DNA of 52,023 nucleotides from Bigelowiella natans CCMP2755 (Eukaryota > Protista > Cercozoa): NCBI GenBank assembly GCA_000320545.1, contig ADNK01003097.1, positions 1 to 52,023 on the forward strand. The letters are read 5' to 3'. The position numbers and the translations under genes were made by a program. Position 1 is the first letter of the stretch; each line of letters opens with the position of its first letter. Under the pieces are notes generated by a model, which worked only from the letters and a program-made list of their open reading frames with translations, had not been told where the DNA came from and searched no databases. Positions 1-15,020 of the stretch are shown piece by piece.

Positions 1-252
1 GATCTATTTATATATATATATACAAATATATATATCATATGCATAAAAGAGACGGGGGGGGGGGAGGGGGGGGAGAAGAGGGAAAGGGCTCTTCTCGGAT
101 GTGTATATATCACTACTATCATTATGTATTAACTTTGAAAAATTGTTGTTTTATATCTTGCACAAGAGGTGGTTGGTGTGACTAAATATTAATGTTGTTG
201 TCGTTATTGTTGGTTGATGATGATGATGATGATGATGATTATGATGATGAAA

Positions 253-312
253 GGACACGAATCTCTTAACGGTATCGTACCGTTGGATCGCCACCTCACT
301 GCATTTCCAGGT

Positions 313-349
<37 letters not shown>

Positions 350-1375
350 GATTGATAAGCACTAACACACACACTAGCCTATGATTCATTCACTATAAAA
401 AAACGACATCTACCTCATATAAAGATGACGGGATTGATGATTCATCGATTGGTTGGTTGGTTGGTTCGTTATTGTTGTTTTTCGTTGGCAGTCCACCCTG
501 CAAATAGGTTTTTGGGGTACTACATCGATGATGTCGTGGTGGATAATGCTATTGCCCTGACGAAGGAAAATAGGGTGTGTTCTTTACTTGTGGTAGTGGT
601 AGTAGCAGAGATTGGCGCATGATGCTACCATTACTGCTGCTACTACGGCTGAGGTACTCATCACTTACCATCGTTTTTCGCTATCACTTTCAGGGCGTTA
701 TATGGGGTAAAGATCCTAAATATTTTAAGGGAAAAGAAAAAATCTTGAAAAAGGTAGTAGCCACTAGATGATGATGATGATGATGATGAGATTGTTTTCC
801 CTGTAAGAATTAGTACATGTTTTCTCTTGTGTACCCAGTTTCTTCTACCCCACCCCATTCCAACACTGACCAGGAGATTGATGTGTGTTACATGCTGCAT
901 GGATTTGTAGTTAATGTGGGTTGTGCTGGTAAATGATTATTGTTATCAGATTGCATCTATCTGTCCTCTGGTCTCGACTGCCTCTCGCTCTGCGTAATTA
1001 CTACTGACTGACTTCTTGTGCATATCACCCTTCAACGACTATCTCCCTACCTTGAAGGAGAGAATAAGAACAGAAATCTCTGCTAGTTCTTTATATATTT
1101 GTTGTTGTTTTTGTATGCGTGCGTCTGTGCAGATTACCTTCTCATCCTAACATCACATCCGTGGGGCATCAGTCACCACAGCAATGGCAAATGCTGCTTG
1201 CCAAATCAAAGTATGGTGTAGTATTTAATAGTAGTGACGAAATAGGTTATAATACATTATTTGTATACCAACAAGTTGTGTATGCAGTACAGCGTCGTAA
1301 CTTTCGTGTGTGTGCATGCATATGTGATTATGTGCGTGTGTTTTCCTGTGAATGTGAGGAGAATGAGTCATCGTT

Positions 1376-1406
<31 letters not shown>

Positions 1407-1949
1407 ACAACATATCATCATCGTCATCATCAGATTTCTTGTAGGCCTTGGTGATCCTTTAGTAGGTAGTAGTCGTAGTCGTAGTAGTAGCACAATTTTT
1501 AGTTATGAATGCGACCAAAGGGATGGGTGGTCTACTAGGAGAGGAGAGGAGAGAGAAGAGAGAGATAGGGGAAGGAGAAAGAAGTGACGTGACATCCATC
1601 GTTCCTATCTATATGTGATGACAGGTCCTTCGGCTATTGACTCAGTAGTTGCGGGAGCCATGTATCTCAATCCTCATTACCATCCATCTAAACCGAAACT
1701 TGGACACTACAGCAGCCAGCACCCGTATGTATGTCGTAGTGATAGGAATAATCCGTTCTTATATGAGGCATGCATACGTGGTTATCATCCCTGTGTTAAT
1801 GTACCGTCTGCTCGCCTTCACCAACCAGGTTTATTGAGAAATCGGTGCCATCACATGTGTGTGGTTTTCGGCTGGATATGAGTGACAACTCTCTCGAGAA
1901 ATGCGTTGTCAGGGTAGTACACAGTAGATAGTCGTGGAAAGGAAAGCTT

Positions 1950-1990
<41 letters not shown>

Positions 1991-2220
1991 AGAAATGTGA
2001 TAGTGTCACATGCATCGGCAAGTGATTCTGTTAATAATGTAAGATTATGCATTTTATTGTGTGTGTAACGAACATGGTATTTTGTTTTGTGTTCTCTCGT
2101 GTATTTTTAATGAAGGCACTGGCGGTGTCACTCAGCCCTCAGATCCCAAAGGAACTCACTAAGTCGCAGTATATGCAGCGTCTTCAGAGGATCATCGAAG
2201 GAGTAGAAGCACAACATTAG
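253..2220 (+). CDS. GT18/MGAT5-like beta-1,6-N-acetylglucosaminyltransferase, multi-exon; 5' part lies at or before the window start
   Basis: Short GT-AG exons join to give HLTAFP/VHPANRFLGYY/GVIWGKDPKYFKGKEKILKK/LPSHPNITSVGHQSPQQWQMLLAKSK/FLVGLGDPLVG/PSAIDSVVAGAMYLNP..SSQHP/ALAVSLSPQIPKELTKSQYMQRL..stop at 2218-2220. This parallels the MGAT5 motifs GLGFPYEGPAPLEAIANG..LNP..TSQHP and the C-terminal helix. Confidence 0.8.
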
Positions 2221-2283
2221 CGATTCTCATCGAACAACAAACACTAGCGACGATAGGAATATATTGTATCATAACAGGAAATT

Positions 2284-2375
2284 ATAATAGCGCTCGTGGT
2301 CCGATTAAGCACGTAGATTGTGAATGTTAGTAGGAAATGATAATAGCGCTCGTGATCCGATTAAGTACGTAGATT
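2284..2375. repeat. 36-bp direct repeat, two copies (2284-2319 and 2340-2375), downstream of the GT18 gene
   Basis: ATAATAGCGCTCGTGGTCCGATTAAGCACGTAGATT versus ATAATAGCGCTCGTGATCCGATTAAGTACGTAGATT, 2 mismatches. Confidence 0.9.
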
Positions 2376-2934
2376 AGGAGGTATTCTATAAGCAGCGCGT
2401 TTGTGCAAAGGGATGATTTGCATCTGCTAGCCGACAATGATACAACGGTCTACTGTGCAAGACTTTCAAATAAAACATCTCGAATTTGCTATTGCTAAAA
2501 TTTGTTACTGGAAAGGTCGTACGTAGCCTCATTAGCAGTCGCATTTGTGAGGAAACCGTCGCTGCATTCACGAAGAAATTATCTCATGAATGAATAGTTA
2601 TTGTTGTTCCACTAAAATCTCGTAGAGAATTTCCCTACCAGATTCCTAAGTGCCACTATCGCCTATGAAACCATTTACATGCTACAGTATTTTCTCATAA
2701 CAAGCACCGATGCTTTATACCTATAACAGCTATGTCTGCATTGCGCTATCAAACTGCGACAACGTTGGTACAAATAGAAGCATGCGATTACTGTACGCAT
2801 CTGGGCATGCCATGATGAGCAATTGCACAGTAACTTCGCGCTATCTCTGTCTTCCTCCAGGAATATCTAAATTCGATTATTTCGGCCGACATAGAGAAAC
2901 ATTGCATGATGCATGTTTACATTTAATCTGACTT

Positions 2935-4684
2935 TCATCCACCGCCACGCTGTGGAGTTCGCCACGGCTCAGGAAACCTTGCACTGACCTCGTTGACGTC
3001 CTTTTCCATGTCTTCGGTCCACTCTCGGTTGAAAGCACCGACGTTTTCTTTAAGTTGCTCCAGCGTAGTAGCACCAATAATCGTAGATGGCACGAACGTG
3101 CGGCTTTTGCAGAAGGCCAATGCAAACTCAGCCGGAGTCATTCCATGCTTACGGGCAACATCAGCATAAGCAGCAACTGCAGCTGGGGCCATAGAACCAT
3201 CGTAGCGCTCTTTATATCCAGGGATAATATTCAAGCGAGAACTATCTGAGTACCTCTTTGGATTAGCATATTTCTCAGTGAGGACACCTCCTGCAAGGGG
3301 GCTGTAGGCTAGTAGGCCGATATTTTCATGGCGCTCTGAGCATACCTCACTCAACCCGCTCTCAAACTCTCGCACCAGTAGGGAATAGGAGTTCTGGATC
3401 GAGATAGGTGGGGGTACACCAAGCTCCTTCGCTGCCTGGACGAATGCCATTGTCCCATACGGTGTTTCATTGCTGAGTCCATAGTGACGGATCTTCCCTG
3501 CCTTGATAAGATCGCCCATTGCACGCACCTGCTCTGAGAAGGGAGACGACTCGGTCTCCTTCGATGCGTCGTATCGATTAGCACCTATCCCCAACGCAAG
3601 GAGTAGGAACATACGTAAGAAATGCATCTCCCTCCCCCCCTCTTTTCCTCTCCCTCTATACAGTGCAAGCACACACATACACACACATACACACATACAA
3701 CATAGAAAAAAGAAGCTAGATGGAGAAATAGAGGGAGGGAAAAAAGGGGTGGGGGGTAGCTTGGAGGCGTCACATGCATGTATTCACACACTCACACACA
3801 CACACACACACACAGACATCCACATAGATAGTTATTTATCCTGGTCATTCCTCACCGAATAGAGGTACGTAGCGATCAGGCCAGTGTATTTGTAGCAGGT
3901 CTATATAGTCTACGCCGAGTCTCTCCAAAGACGCATCAACCGATTCGATGATCTGGTCGTAGTTGACCTTTGTACCCTCCCCGTCTTTACGAAACCATGT
4001 GAGCCTATCAGAATTACCGCACACCTTTGTTGCCAGGATAACCTTTTCGCGATCGATTCCGCTTTCTTTAAGCCATTTGGCAATGGTTCTGTCAGTACGA
4101 CCCTGCATTCGTGTATCATCAGTATCCGTCCATAACGGGTAAATAAATGTATGCTGCGATCTTATTTGTGTCTTTCTTCGATCTGATGCTCAATTAGTAG
4201 TTTATTCAATGCTAATACCACCTCTACTGTGATATTCTCTCTGATACCTCATCTTAAATTACATGCACATTTAAGCTGCTACAGCGCACTAGAGAAATAC
4301 TACTACTACCTGTGTTTCCGCCTTGAGGGGGATAGGATACGCCTCTGCGGTATCGAGGAAGTTGATTCCCATATCGTTGAAAGCTACATTCAGTTGCTCC
4401 AATCCTTCAGCCTCCGTATTCTGCTCTCCCCAGGTCATCGTACCCAGGCATATTTCTGACACCATGAGGTCCGAATTACCAAGCTTGTTGTACTTCATAG
4501 CTTGTTGGGGTGCTAACCTCCGACTACTTCCCATTCTAGGTAATGACGAGACTCTGTAGTTGAAAGAACGTGATGATGACCTCTGCAGCGATAGATTTCT
4601 AGAGTTATATAAGCATGCCCCCCCAATAAGAATAGATAAGGAGGCAGCAGTTGATGCTACAGGAGTCCAGCGCACCCTAGGCAT
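2935..4684 (-). CDS. Aldo-keto reductase (Tas-like) with a bipartite, probably plastid-targeting leader; 3 exons (~4684-4310, 4102-3857, 3584-2935)
   Basis: Motifs LGNSDLMVSEICLGTMTWG, INFLDTAEAYP, ILATK, YIDLLQIHWPDR, GKIRHYGLSNE, IQNSYSLL, LLAYSPLAGG, IIGATTLEQLKEN. The N-terminus is hydrophobic and then S/R-rich. GT-AG junctions are visible. Confidence 0.93.
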
Positions 4685-5217
4685 ATCGGGTGGGCTATCC
4701 GTGGATTCTGTGGCTTCGGGGGTTCCTGTGTGGCGATGGATGAAATGTAGGCTGTTCACCATGAGCGACATGAAAAATCATGATAATACGCTAGTACGCT
4801 GAACTTATTACGACGACAACTCGAACGACACGTGGCTTAGCGATGATGCCTTTGACACGTTTGACTAGGAACTCCGATCTCTCTTCATCTGGCAATACAG
4901 GAAATTAAGCGTCTTTTCTTATTAGATGCAGGCTAACCTTCGGTCGCGACAACGTCGAATAAGTAAGATGAGCTGATTAAGACGTGGTACTCGTATGTCT
5001 ATTTGTGTCATGTCGTCGGTGTTCACATGTGTCGGATGCAGAAAATAGAAACGGATCACATGTAATTGTAGGTCAATATTACTACGCGACAAGCGAATGT
5101 GCCTCTTTTCTCAACAATTTAAACGATCGCCGCTATCTCCCGACTGCTCGCTCCATCCCCTCTCATCAACTTGTGGGAAGACGAAGGAGGCTTGGATCAA
5201 GCCAGGAGGGAGAATAA

Positions 5218-6337
5218 ATGGAAATATACCAAACGTCATTCCGAACTAATGACAACAATCACACTACAGAGGAGGCTAATTTGTCAAGTAGTCCGAGGGA
5301 ATGGGATGATTCTCTAGATGGACGCTGCTGCACAAGTGAATCCAATATTAGTCATATGAGCACAATATTTATGAGAAAGAGAGATGAGAATAGTAGTAGT
5401 TCCAATGGCGATGCTGGTATCAGTCGCATTGGCTTGAATGAAGGAGTGGAGTTTGAATGGAACATAGACCCTAGAAAGGGAAGTCTACATATAACTGGTG
5501 CTTTGGAGACGATGACACTGACCAACCAAAATGACTTGGAGGTGGAGGTATTTGTATTCATCATACTCGTTACAAATCATCAACCTACTTATAAAATTGT
5601 AATTCCCATCGCAAATAATCAGTTTGATATTGAGATTTCTTGTTCTTCTGCTATGGGTGCTAAAGGTATTGACGGATATGAAGGAGAAGAAGTTGATCGT
5701 AAAGGCAACAAGGCCATGCTGCTGCTGCTGCTGCTTTCATGATAAGAAGGACCATCAGAATCAGAAACTGCAGTCTTCATCTTCTCCTCTTTCTACATCA
5801 TCAATTCTTCGCGAATTCCAAATTTCAAATGACTTCAATCTACGCAGTACGGAAGTTCGGTTCAAACATGGCATTTTGTCAATAATGGTAATATTAGGAG
5901 GTAGTATAGTAGCAGTATATCAAGAAGTATTTTGTGCACCTAGCATTCGGGTAATTTATCGTGATATTGGTTATTAAAGCATTTGGTCATTAGCAATCAT
6001 CACCGTTGAATTCTACGTGATCGAAGGTTAATGTAGTTTGTATTAGGTGATGCCCTCACTCTATGGACATCGATTCGGCGAATGCCTCTCAACCAAGTCC
6101 AAGAAGTAATTGCGAATATACCACAATCAATCCAAATTAGATACGTATTTAATATTTCCCAAAATGAAGTGAAGCTATGATGTGACTATGTGCGTGAGAA
6201 GTGTGGGGGTAGGCAGCGTTTCGAGGACAATCAGTGAATGTTGCCTTCGAAGCTCTTTTTTGTATTTTCTTTGTTTCCCAATGGCCGTTATGAATTGCAG
6301 TCATATGCATCTCGCTTAATATATTACTGTCGTCATA

Positions 6338-6376
<39 letters not shown>

Positions 6377-6990
6377 TGCTGCAATGCTTCGCCCCGACCT
6401 TCTTTTTAATTTTGAAAAGGGGTGGTATTAGCCATGACGAGGAAGGTGACTATAATCTCAAAGAAGAAGGAAAAGATAAGATTAATGAGTGCCACTTTCA
6501 CCTTGCTCCTGGTATTGAATTTCCCCTCCTTCCTGCTTATTCAAATAACGATAAGATAATTATAGGAGCACACGTGGGGAGAATACAGCAGCAACAGCTA
6601 TCTACATCTGGTCGAATATCATCATCATCATCATCATCACCATCATCATCATCACCATCATCATCACCATCACCAACCACCGTGAATCAAATTATCAATT
6701 GAGTCCTATCGTTAGCGACCACCAAACACATCGAGTTCTCTTTCTTCCTGATCTCTACTGATATCTTGATCTTCATCATCGTCATCATCATTTGCCTATC
6801 ATCGTCATCATCATCATCATCATCATCATCATCGTTACATCAGGCACTACATGCTGCTCTCTTAGCTCTAGATCAGCATCATCGTCGTCCTCTATACCTA
6901 GTTTTGGTACTAGTTTCACGACTACCGATGTAAAATCTCCTGCTGCTTCTTCTGAGGAGGGCAATGCTGCTCCTACGGCTACTAGTATGC

Positions 6991-7024
<34 letters not shown>

Positions 7025-7322
7025 AAGTAGTAATAGTAGACGTGGCGGTGACAGTATTTCCAGCTATGAAGAGGAAGAAGAAGGCGATGATAATGATAAT
7101 GATAATGACGATAGTGATGATGGTGATGCACGAAAATTAGAACTTGAGTCGTCGTCATCATCATCACTGCCATCGTCGTGCACCTCCTCCCCAAAATCCG
7201 AGCCAGAAGCAGCTTCAACCTCACCCTCATCCTCACCTTTAAAAACTATATTACTCGGATACCGCATAAATGAGCCTGCTGCTGCGTTGATGCGTAACTT
7301 CGAATGCTTGACGAATAATTGA
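5218..7322 (+). CDS. Hypothetical multi-exon protein with a Ser/acidic low-complexity C-terminal region
   Basis: Coding-like ORF pieces at 5218-5547, ~5623-5890, ~6420-6650 and ~6843-7322 with plausible splice sites. No family recognised and the exon structure is unresolved. Confidence 0.4.
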
Positions 7323-7968
7323 TGGTGGGCAGTAATTATAACTGTATGAAGAAGATGAGATGACGACGAGTTCATAGAAGCATCGTAACGGGAAGTGAGA
7401 GCCGCCGACCGGCGGAATATGTACTCAGTGCAAATTTCAATTTGAACAAAGTTGTGATACGATTGAGCTTCAATTTAGCTAGCTCTAGAGTTAGCAGTGC
7501 TGTTCAAAGACTAAGCAGCCAAGCGCGGGCACGATATGCAACATAAATCAAGTCCATGTTGTTTTCATTTCGTACCATTTGTGTGTCATGCATGTATAAC
7601 ACAAACTTCTTTGGCTAGCTAGTACCACACGTATACGCCATTCCATGCACATGTCCGAACGAACATGCATGCACACGCTAGCACGTTGACATGTGCATGC
7701 ACGCACACGTTCGCATATGTGCTAGATGTGGGCAACACACATTTCGGTGACATTTTTGCGCTGCAAACTAGCAAGCATGATAGAGATAGGCCTTTATGGA
7801 GATGCACAGCTAGACAGTTCCAAAACGTTAGATCTTCTCACATATTGTCCATTGATCTTAGTTATAGCTTATCTTAAAAAGTACATAGGACCGAATCCTG
7901 TCAATTATCATGTCGCGACGATGCACATGTAGATGAAACTCACACATGCTTCTTTGTATTGCTCCGGA

Positions 7969-8521
7969 TTAGAAGGGAATAGTAATGTCCCTTCGGACAC
8001 TGGTTGACACTTTTTCTGGGGACAATAGTGATGATGACGACGATCCCCGCCCATTTACATCGAGCAACAGCGTGTGCTTTCCTGCATTATAAAATAAATG
8101 ACAACATGAGAGCATCAATGCGATGAACCTGCCCATCTATGATGGAATACCCTACACATCAAAATCACATAGTCAACTTTCATAGCTGTTACATATTATC
8201 ACCTGCATAAACATGCTTTACGCCGTCAGCATTTGTCAGGCCCAATTGATTGACAGAGATGGTGAACCTGAGTTATGATGACGACGACGACGTCATCAAC
8301 AATGGAAGCAGATTTGGTAGGGGGAAATCGAGAGTATGTAGTCAAACGATTGCAAGACGAAAGCTAGTGAAGAATGTTTGTCAAATCTTCAACACACCCA
8401 CCCACCGAATATGCTTCATTTTGCCTTTGCCAATACGTACCTGAATAACATTATTATGAATAATAAGAGATATGAAAATGCTTTTTCCAAATATGCTTGG
8501 TATCCTCCTTTAGCACACGCG

Positions 8522-8557
<36 letters not shown>

Positions 8558-8651
8558 GTTTGATCTAACTACGGTTTATAAGGCAGATGATGATAATGTA
8601 CACCTTATGACAGCAAAGGTGAATTATTGTATAAGTATCAACATCATCATT

Positions 8652-8685
<34 letters not shown>

Positions 8686-8923
8686 GCTACTACTACCCGA
8701 TCAAAGGCAATAACACGGCGGAACGGCACCGGATAGGAGACTTGAGACCGATATTCGAACGATGGAATATGATAAAGCAGTAGGACTGCATCATCACCAT
8801 CATCATCATTATCATCACTTCTTCCTTCCTGATATACAGAAAGAAACATATTCCAAAACTCGCCAACAGCTACTACGAGGAGGAGGGGGAGGAGGAGGAG
8901 GAGGAGGAGGACAAGTGACGGTA

Positions 8924-8960
<37 letters not shown>

Positions 8961-8966
8961 GCGCGC

Positions 8967-9053
<87 letters not shown>

Positions 9054-9079
9054 CAGTTGCATGTAAGACGACTCTGCTG

Positions 9080-9111
<32 letters not shown>

Positions 9112-9358
9112 ACTGCAAACACGTACGTTGTATAGCGAGCAGTGGAAGTAGATATTGGGAAATTCCACTATCGCATCAGCTTCGATGATGATGATGACAA
9201 TGCGGATAGAGGAGGAAGAGAACGGGGGGGGGGGGGAGGAGGAGGAGGATATTAAGGAGCAATATTCATGAAGCAGAGCAACACTGGAAATATTTAGTGT
9301 AAGTGGCATATAATAGCCAGTATCTCTTGCTACACTGATGAAACTTCTCATTATTTAC

Positions 9359-9398
<40 letters not shown>

Positions 9399-9431
9399 CA
9401 TTTTTTTTCAATTATTATTTTTTTTTTAAAG

Positions 9432-9471
<40 letters not shown>

Positions 9472-9589
9472 CGTATATCAGCATATGCTTATGTACTATG
9501 GAATCGGTGATGAAACTACCATTTCTAAGGGCAAATGTGGTGTAGGAAAGGCCAGACCCGAAAGAAAACACCTGCATCGTAATACAATT

Positions 9590-9628
<39 letters not shown>

Positions 9629-10134
9629 TTATTAGCGTATATTATTAAGGTAGTAGGCCTCCACATAACACGGTACAAAAAAGCCGTTTGGTACTTGCAT
9701 AGGAAGATAGCAGTAAATCGAAGATACCATATATGTTATTAAGGACGCACGGTGATGATGATGGTGGTGATGATGGTGGTGGTGATGATGATGATGATGA
9801 TGATGGTGATGGTAATGATGATAACGACTCGTTTTTCTCCCAAATATTAGACTTTCTACTACAAGAAGTCATTTGCTCAGCAATTCCCTGTTTGATAAAC
9901 ATGCTGATGATGAGACGAAATTCCAACTACTACTACTACAACTACTACTACTTCTCACAACTAGTTCCTACCGGTGTCTGCTGGTAGTATCTAATGATGC
10001 GCAAACATAGCATTCAAAAAAACGAGAAATATGAGATTAAGGATAACTTCAAAGAGGGTAGTACATAACTTATCCTCTTACTATCGTCATCAGTGTTGTT
10101 AAAACCAGTAGTAGTACCAGCAGCGTCGTGGTCG

Positions 10135-10165
<31 letters not shown>

Positions 10166-10354
10166 GGTATTTGTGATTGTCATTACCTGTAGGTTCGCCC
10201 AGGATATTTGGCCATATCGTAGTTGCTCATATTCTGCTCTTTCACGTAGGTGCTAGGATACCTATAAGCAGTTGTTGGTAGTACTAGCAGTGCACTATCA
10301 CTAACAAGACGGCATTGCTGATGAATTGCATAATGTATACACACGCATATATAA

Positions 10355-10397
<43 letters not shown>

Positions 10398-10457
10398 TAT
10401 ATTTTCTATATGTATGTGTATATGTGTATATTTCTCATTTGGTACATCAGTTATTAT

Positions 10458-10497
<40 letters not shown>

Positions 10498-10904
10498 CAC
10501 AGACATGGTGTATGGTAGTCGTCCCCAACGGTTCTCCTTCCCTGCAAGTAGGAAGCAGTAGTGATATGATATTGCATGCATCATCGAGTATCAGCCACTA
10601 GTAGCGTGAGCACAGTTGTGTGCGTTTGGTGGATGTGTTCTTTGCTGCTGCTCTGAACGACTATATCGCTTCGATTTCTTAGTGTTTAGCTGCGTCATTC
10701 TTTCTTCTCTTTCTTCCTTTTCTTTCTTCTTCTGCTTCATATACCGAAGATTGTACGAGCGAGTGCTTGTCCACCTTCAGGTCCCGGGTAAAATGCTGAT
10801 ATGGGGATAAATAAAAGGACAAAGAAAGGGAGAGAGAGGGAGAGACAATGTACCAGTTCGGATTAACGAATAGGACTTCTTTGCTTATAAACTATAAACT
10901 GTTG

Positions 10905-10941
<37 letters not shown>

Positions 10942-11144
10942 GTCATCGTGGTAGTATTCATCTCCGAAACTATGTTTATGTGGCATTGCCTTCAATAATT
11001 GCATCCGCATGATCAGCCAAAGATTCAATCCCCATAGCACCTTGTAAGTAGAGAGTAGTAGTAGTAGTAGTGTTTGCTATTAGCACTCACACATAACATA
11101 TAACACTCCAGCAAACAGCAGCATTCAAAGCAGCTACCACAATT

Positions 11145-11180
<36 letters not shown>

Positions 11181-12957
11181 CAAGCACAAGATCTCTTATC
11201 CTACTATTTCGCATTGAAACTACGATTTAAATACAACACGACCCCCCCCTCCCCCCCTCCTTCCGCTGGGGAAGGCCATTATCAACTGCATACAACCTCC
11301 GTTGACCAGCACTAAGATGCTCGGTTTTCCTAGAGCCAGCACCTTCATTATTGTTATTATTATTATTATTATTATTTATTTATTTATTCTTTCTTTTTGT
11401 TAGGGTTGACTCATTTTTATTCATTATTCTTTATTATTACTGTTACGAGTATCATATGTTTTTCCCTCTGCAGCATCGCCACCATCATCATCATCATTAA
11501 TAACACAAAAATAACGATGATGACGACGACTACAGCATCGTCAATGGCGCAAGTCATCAGGAAACAAAGCAACATCATTATGGTGTTCGTACGTACAAGA
11601 TAGTATATTATGGGTTCATTTAGTAGCAGTAGTACTTTGAGAGCGAATTGCTGCTGTATCCCAGGAAGTTGTATACCTTATGATTTGTGGGGAAAATGCC
11701 ATTATTATCATTGTGGTTATCATTGTTATTCAGCAACAACTACATCAACAACAACACAGATCATATTGCAAGATAGATTCATTCAGACGCGCATTACAAA
11801 TGGTACGACTATGATGGTGATAATAATAGTAATAATGATGACGATGTTCATGAAGAGATAGATTACTGATAGCATATCAACATCTCTCTCTCTCTCTCTC
11901 ACACACCAGTCTGTGTGTGTGTGTGTGTGTGCGCGCGCGCGTGTGTTAGTGTCTTATCTCTTACTCATTGTGATTGTATCATCATCACCATCGTCATCAT
12001 AATTATCATCATCATCATAATCATCATCTTATTCATCATATGAGAAGCTGTTTCGATGAAAACCACTGCTTTACTACTACTACACTACTTTCTCTGTCTT
12101 TTCCTTCCGTTTCAATAGTGAAATCATCGCCTAAGGATGATGAAAAGCGCATTCATACGACACACGTTGTTGTTATTGTTATGTATTCACATGTACTTCA
12201 TTTTACTTCCGCGCATCAACATCATCATCGTCATCATCATCTCTTCCGATTATGCATGTAGTAGTAGTAGTCGTAGTATAAGTAATAATAGTACCAAGAA
12301 CAAGCACAACAACATCCGCGTTTTGGGCAAATCTTAGAGCTTTTTCCATGCCGGAAGTATCCGTAGAGTTGATATCGACTCTGAACGATGATAAATACGC
12401 ATCCAAGATATCATTCCATCAGATCCTACAAGAACATCACGTTTGACCACAGCTACTGCAACGTGTGAGTATAGGCACTTCGCCAACTCTGCGTGTGCTT
12501 TCTGTGAGCAGCTTATGTGGTATGTAATGCAAAACCATATGAATAACAACGGGCATCACTACATCCTCTTCATCCTCCTTTCGATGTCTTTTGATAATTG
12601 ATCATCTTTTTATTGCGTGCATGCGTCTGTGTTGTAAAAAGGAATATGGTCGGCAAAAGTTGTTTCTTCCTCATAATGATATCACCCCTTTGCAACGAGC
12701 GTCTCCCCCCCCTTTCCGTTTTCTTGTTTGATGGCATCGGCGATAGTGGTAATGCACGAATACGAAGCGTTAAAGCATGGGGCGGGTGCATAGTCCGACA
12801 GCAACCCTGCAGCACCAGCACAGAGGAGGAGGAGGAGGAGGAGGAAATAGCATTCTTATGAATTACTACTTGCGAAGGCACAAGCTATACATCCTCGAGA
12901 AGTAGTGCACGTGTTGTTAATAGCTTCATAGTGTGAGGCCAAGATTCAATGCAAGTA

Positions 12958-13002
<45 letters not shown>

Positions 13003-13882
13003 CGCGCGTGTGTGTGAGAGAGAGGGAGAGTGTGTGTTGATAAACCATGTTGTGTGAGCGATTGAGGCCCTAGCACTGCAATTCTGGATGAACCAGCCTT
13101 AAGAGGAAGCACTGGCAATAATATTAATAAGAATAAGACTAGCAGCGGTAGTAGTAAAAAATAATAATAATGATTGTATCATGTATTAAAGAGAGAGAGG
13201 GCCATTCTAAGTCAGAGCATTACGATTCTTTATCTATCTTTACTATTCTCCTTCCTTCTACTCGTTGTTACCTTGATTACTGTTCTTGAGAAGAACAAAT
13301 GACTGCAGTGCTGCTTCATAGCTTGCTTCCTAAAAGCACACAGTTATCACAATCAAAACCCACAACTTTTACAGAATAAGTACTATGCCGAATTCTCTCT
13401 TAGCAACTGTGCCCCCTCCCCCCCCTCCGAAAACCGCGCTTGATCTCGTTGTGAGGTTTAGTTTTCCACGCTATACTGCCAAGATGGTGGTATCTTATGT
13501 ATGCCGATCAAGAACACGATGATAATGCTTCATGTGGAAATACAAGACGACGAAGAAAAATATGATAAAGTAGATGAAGATGAGGTTGGTGATAATGATG
13601 ACACCAATGGTGATGCTTAATCTCACACTCCAGGGCTTACTACTGCTGCTACTATAAATACCTTATGCGACTTAGAGCCAACGACTTTGGGCGCTATTCT
13701 TGTCCATTCCGTGTCCTCGACGGGGTCAAATCGGCCTTATTTAGAGAGGCAATCCAGATTATAATTTATCGATTTATTGTTTTATTATTAGTGATGTTGG
13801 TTGTCTTCTCCTATGCAAACTGCACTCTCTATCTCTATACATTTCAGGATGATTTCGCCCCTCCGGAAATCTCTATGAGCAT

Positions 13883-13913
<31 letters not shown>

Positions 13914-14522
13914 TTTACAAACTCCAGCACCTGTTCTCATGAGAGCTAGTAGAGAGCGCTTGAGCGCAGCGTCTACAGCATGCGTGCTGGTCAGTCCTGA
14001 AGATGATGATGAAGATGACGATGATGATGATGATGATGATAATGATGGTGGTGAAAGATGATCGACAACAACACCTACATCTCACCTAATCGGACTGCGT
14101 TCTGAAGATGATTAAAGTACACCTCACTGCCCATCTCTATATCCGTCCCATTATTCAATGCCTGTGAGAGGAAATAACATTGATAATAGGTATTATTGGA
14201 ATGGTGTTGTAGCATAGTATTGATTAAGCATAAAATTGTGTTTTAATCACGCCGTAAGACGATCATGCGCCTGTCCGTGATTAGTTGTAACAACACATTT
14301 GTTGTGGCATGCCAGCACTAGCAGCAGCTTAATTAGATAAGGAAGTCAGTCTATATATCTTCAGATCCACCATTGCTGCTGCTGACTCGTTGGTGGGGGC
14401 GCTTACGGGAGGACCTTGAGTATTGTTAGAAGAGATCGAATATTAAAATTTTGTATGAATGACGATAGTGACGACGAAGATGATGGTGATGACGAACCAT
14501 CTTCTTTTGTCAAGATACAAAA

Positions 14523-14559
<37 letters not shown>

Positions 14560-14986
14560 CCTTTTTTTGTCAAGATACAAAAGATGAACCCCCCCCCCCC
14601 TCTTCATCCTCCTGTCTACTATATGTCGATGAGATGCACTACTACTACTACTCCTACTACTACTACCCATGAGATTATTCACAGCGCCACAATCAGAAGT
14701 CACCTGATGGAAGATAGATTGCTAAGGGAGGAAGAGCTGCACAGATTCGTACATTCGGGTGATAATGAACTTGATGCAATGCAAATCTTCCTCCTCCTCC
14801 TCTTCTTCTTCTTCTTCTTCTTCTTCTCCTTCTTATCATCATTATTATTATTATCATTATTATTATTATTATTGGCGTCCATTATGATTATTACCAATGC
14901 GTGTTCTTGCTTCCACTCCCCTCTTAGCATCATCTGCAGTAGATGTCCATTGGCGCAACTGGGTAGACCTGCATTGGTCGAATCAT

Positions 14987-15020
<34 letters not shown>

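Noticed and set aside
2284-2375. CRISPR-like repeat-spacer-repeat
   Set aside because: Only two copies, a eukaryotic context and no cas genes. It is a local tandem duplication, like those at ~14490-14590 and ~15555-15640.
5746-5890. HSP20/alpha-crystallin-like motif (LREFQISNDFNLRSTEVRFKHGILSI)
   Set aside because: The resemblance is short and the neighbouring exon frames are ambiguous, so it is not enough to name the gene.
8565-9351. Poly-Ser/His/Val/SL/CV ORFs here and throughout the ORF track
   Set aside because: They are translations of intronic microsatellites.
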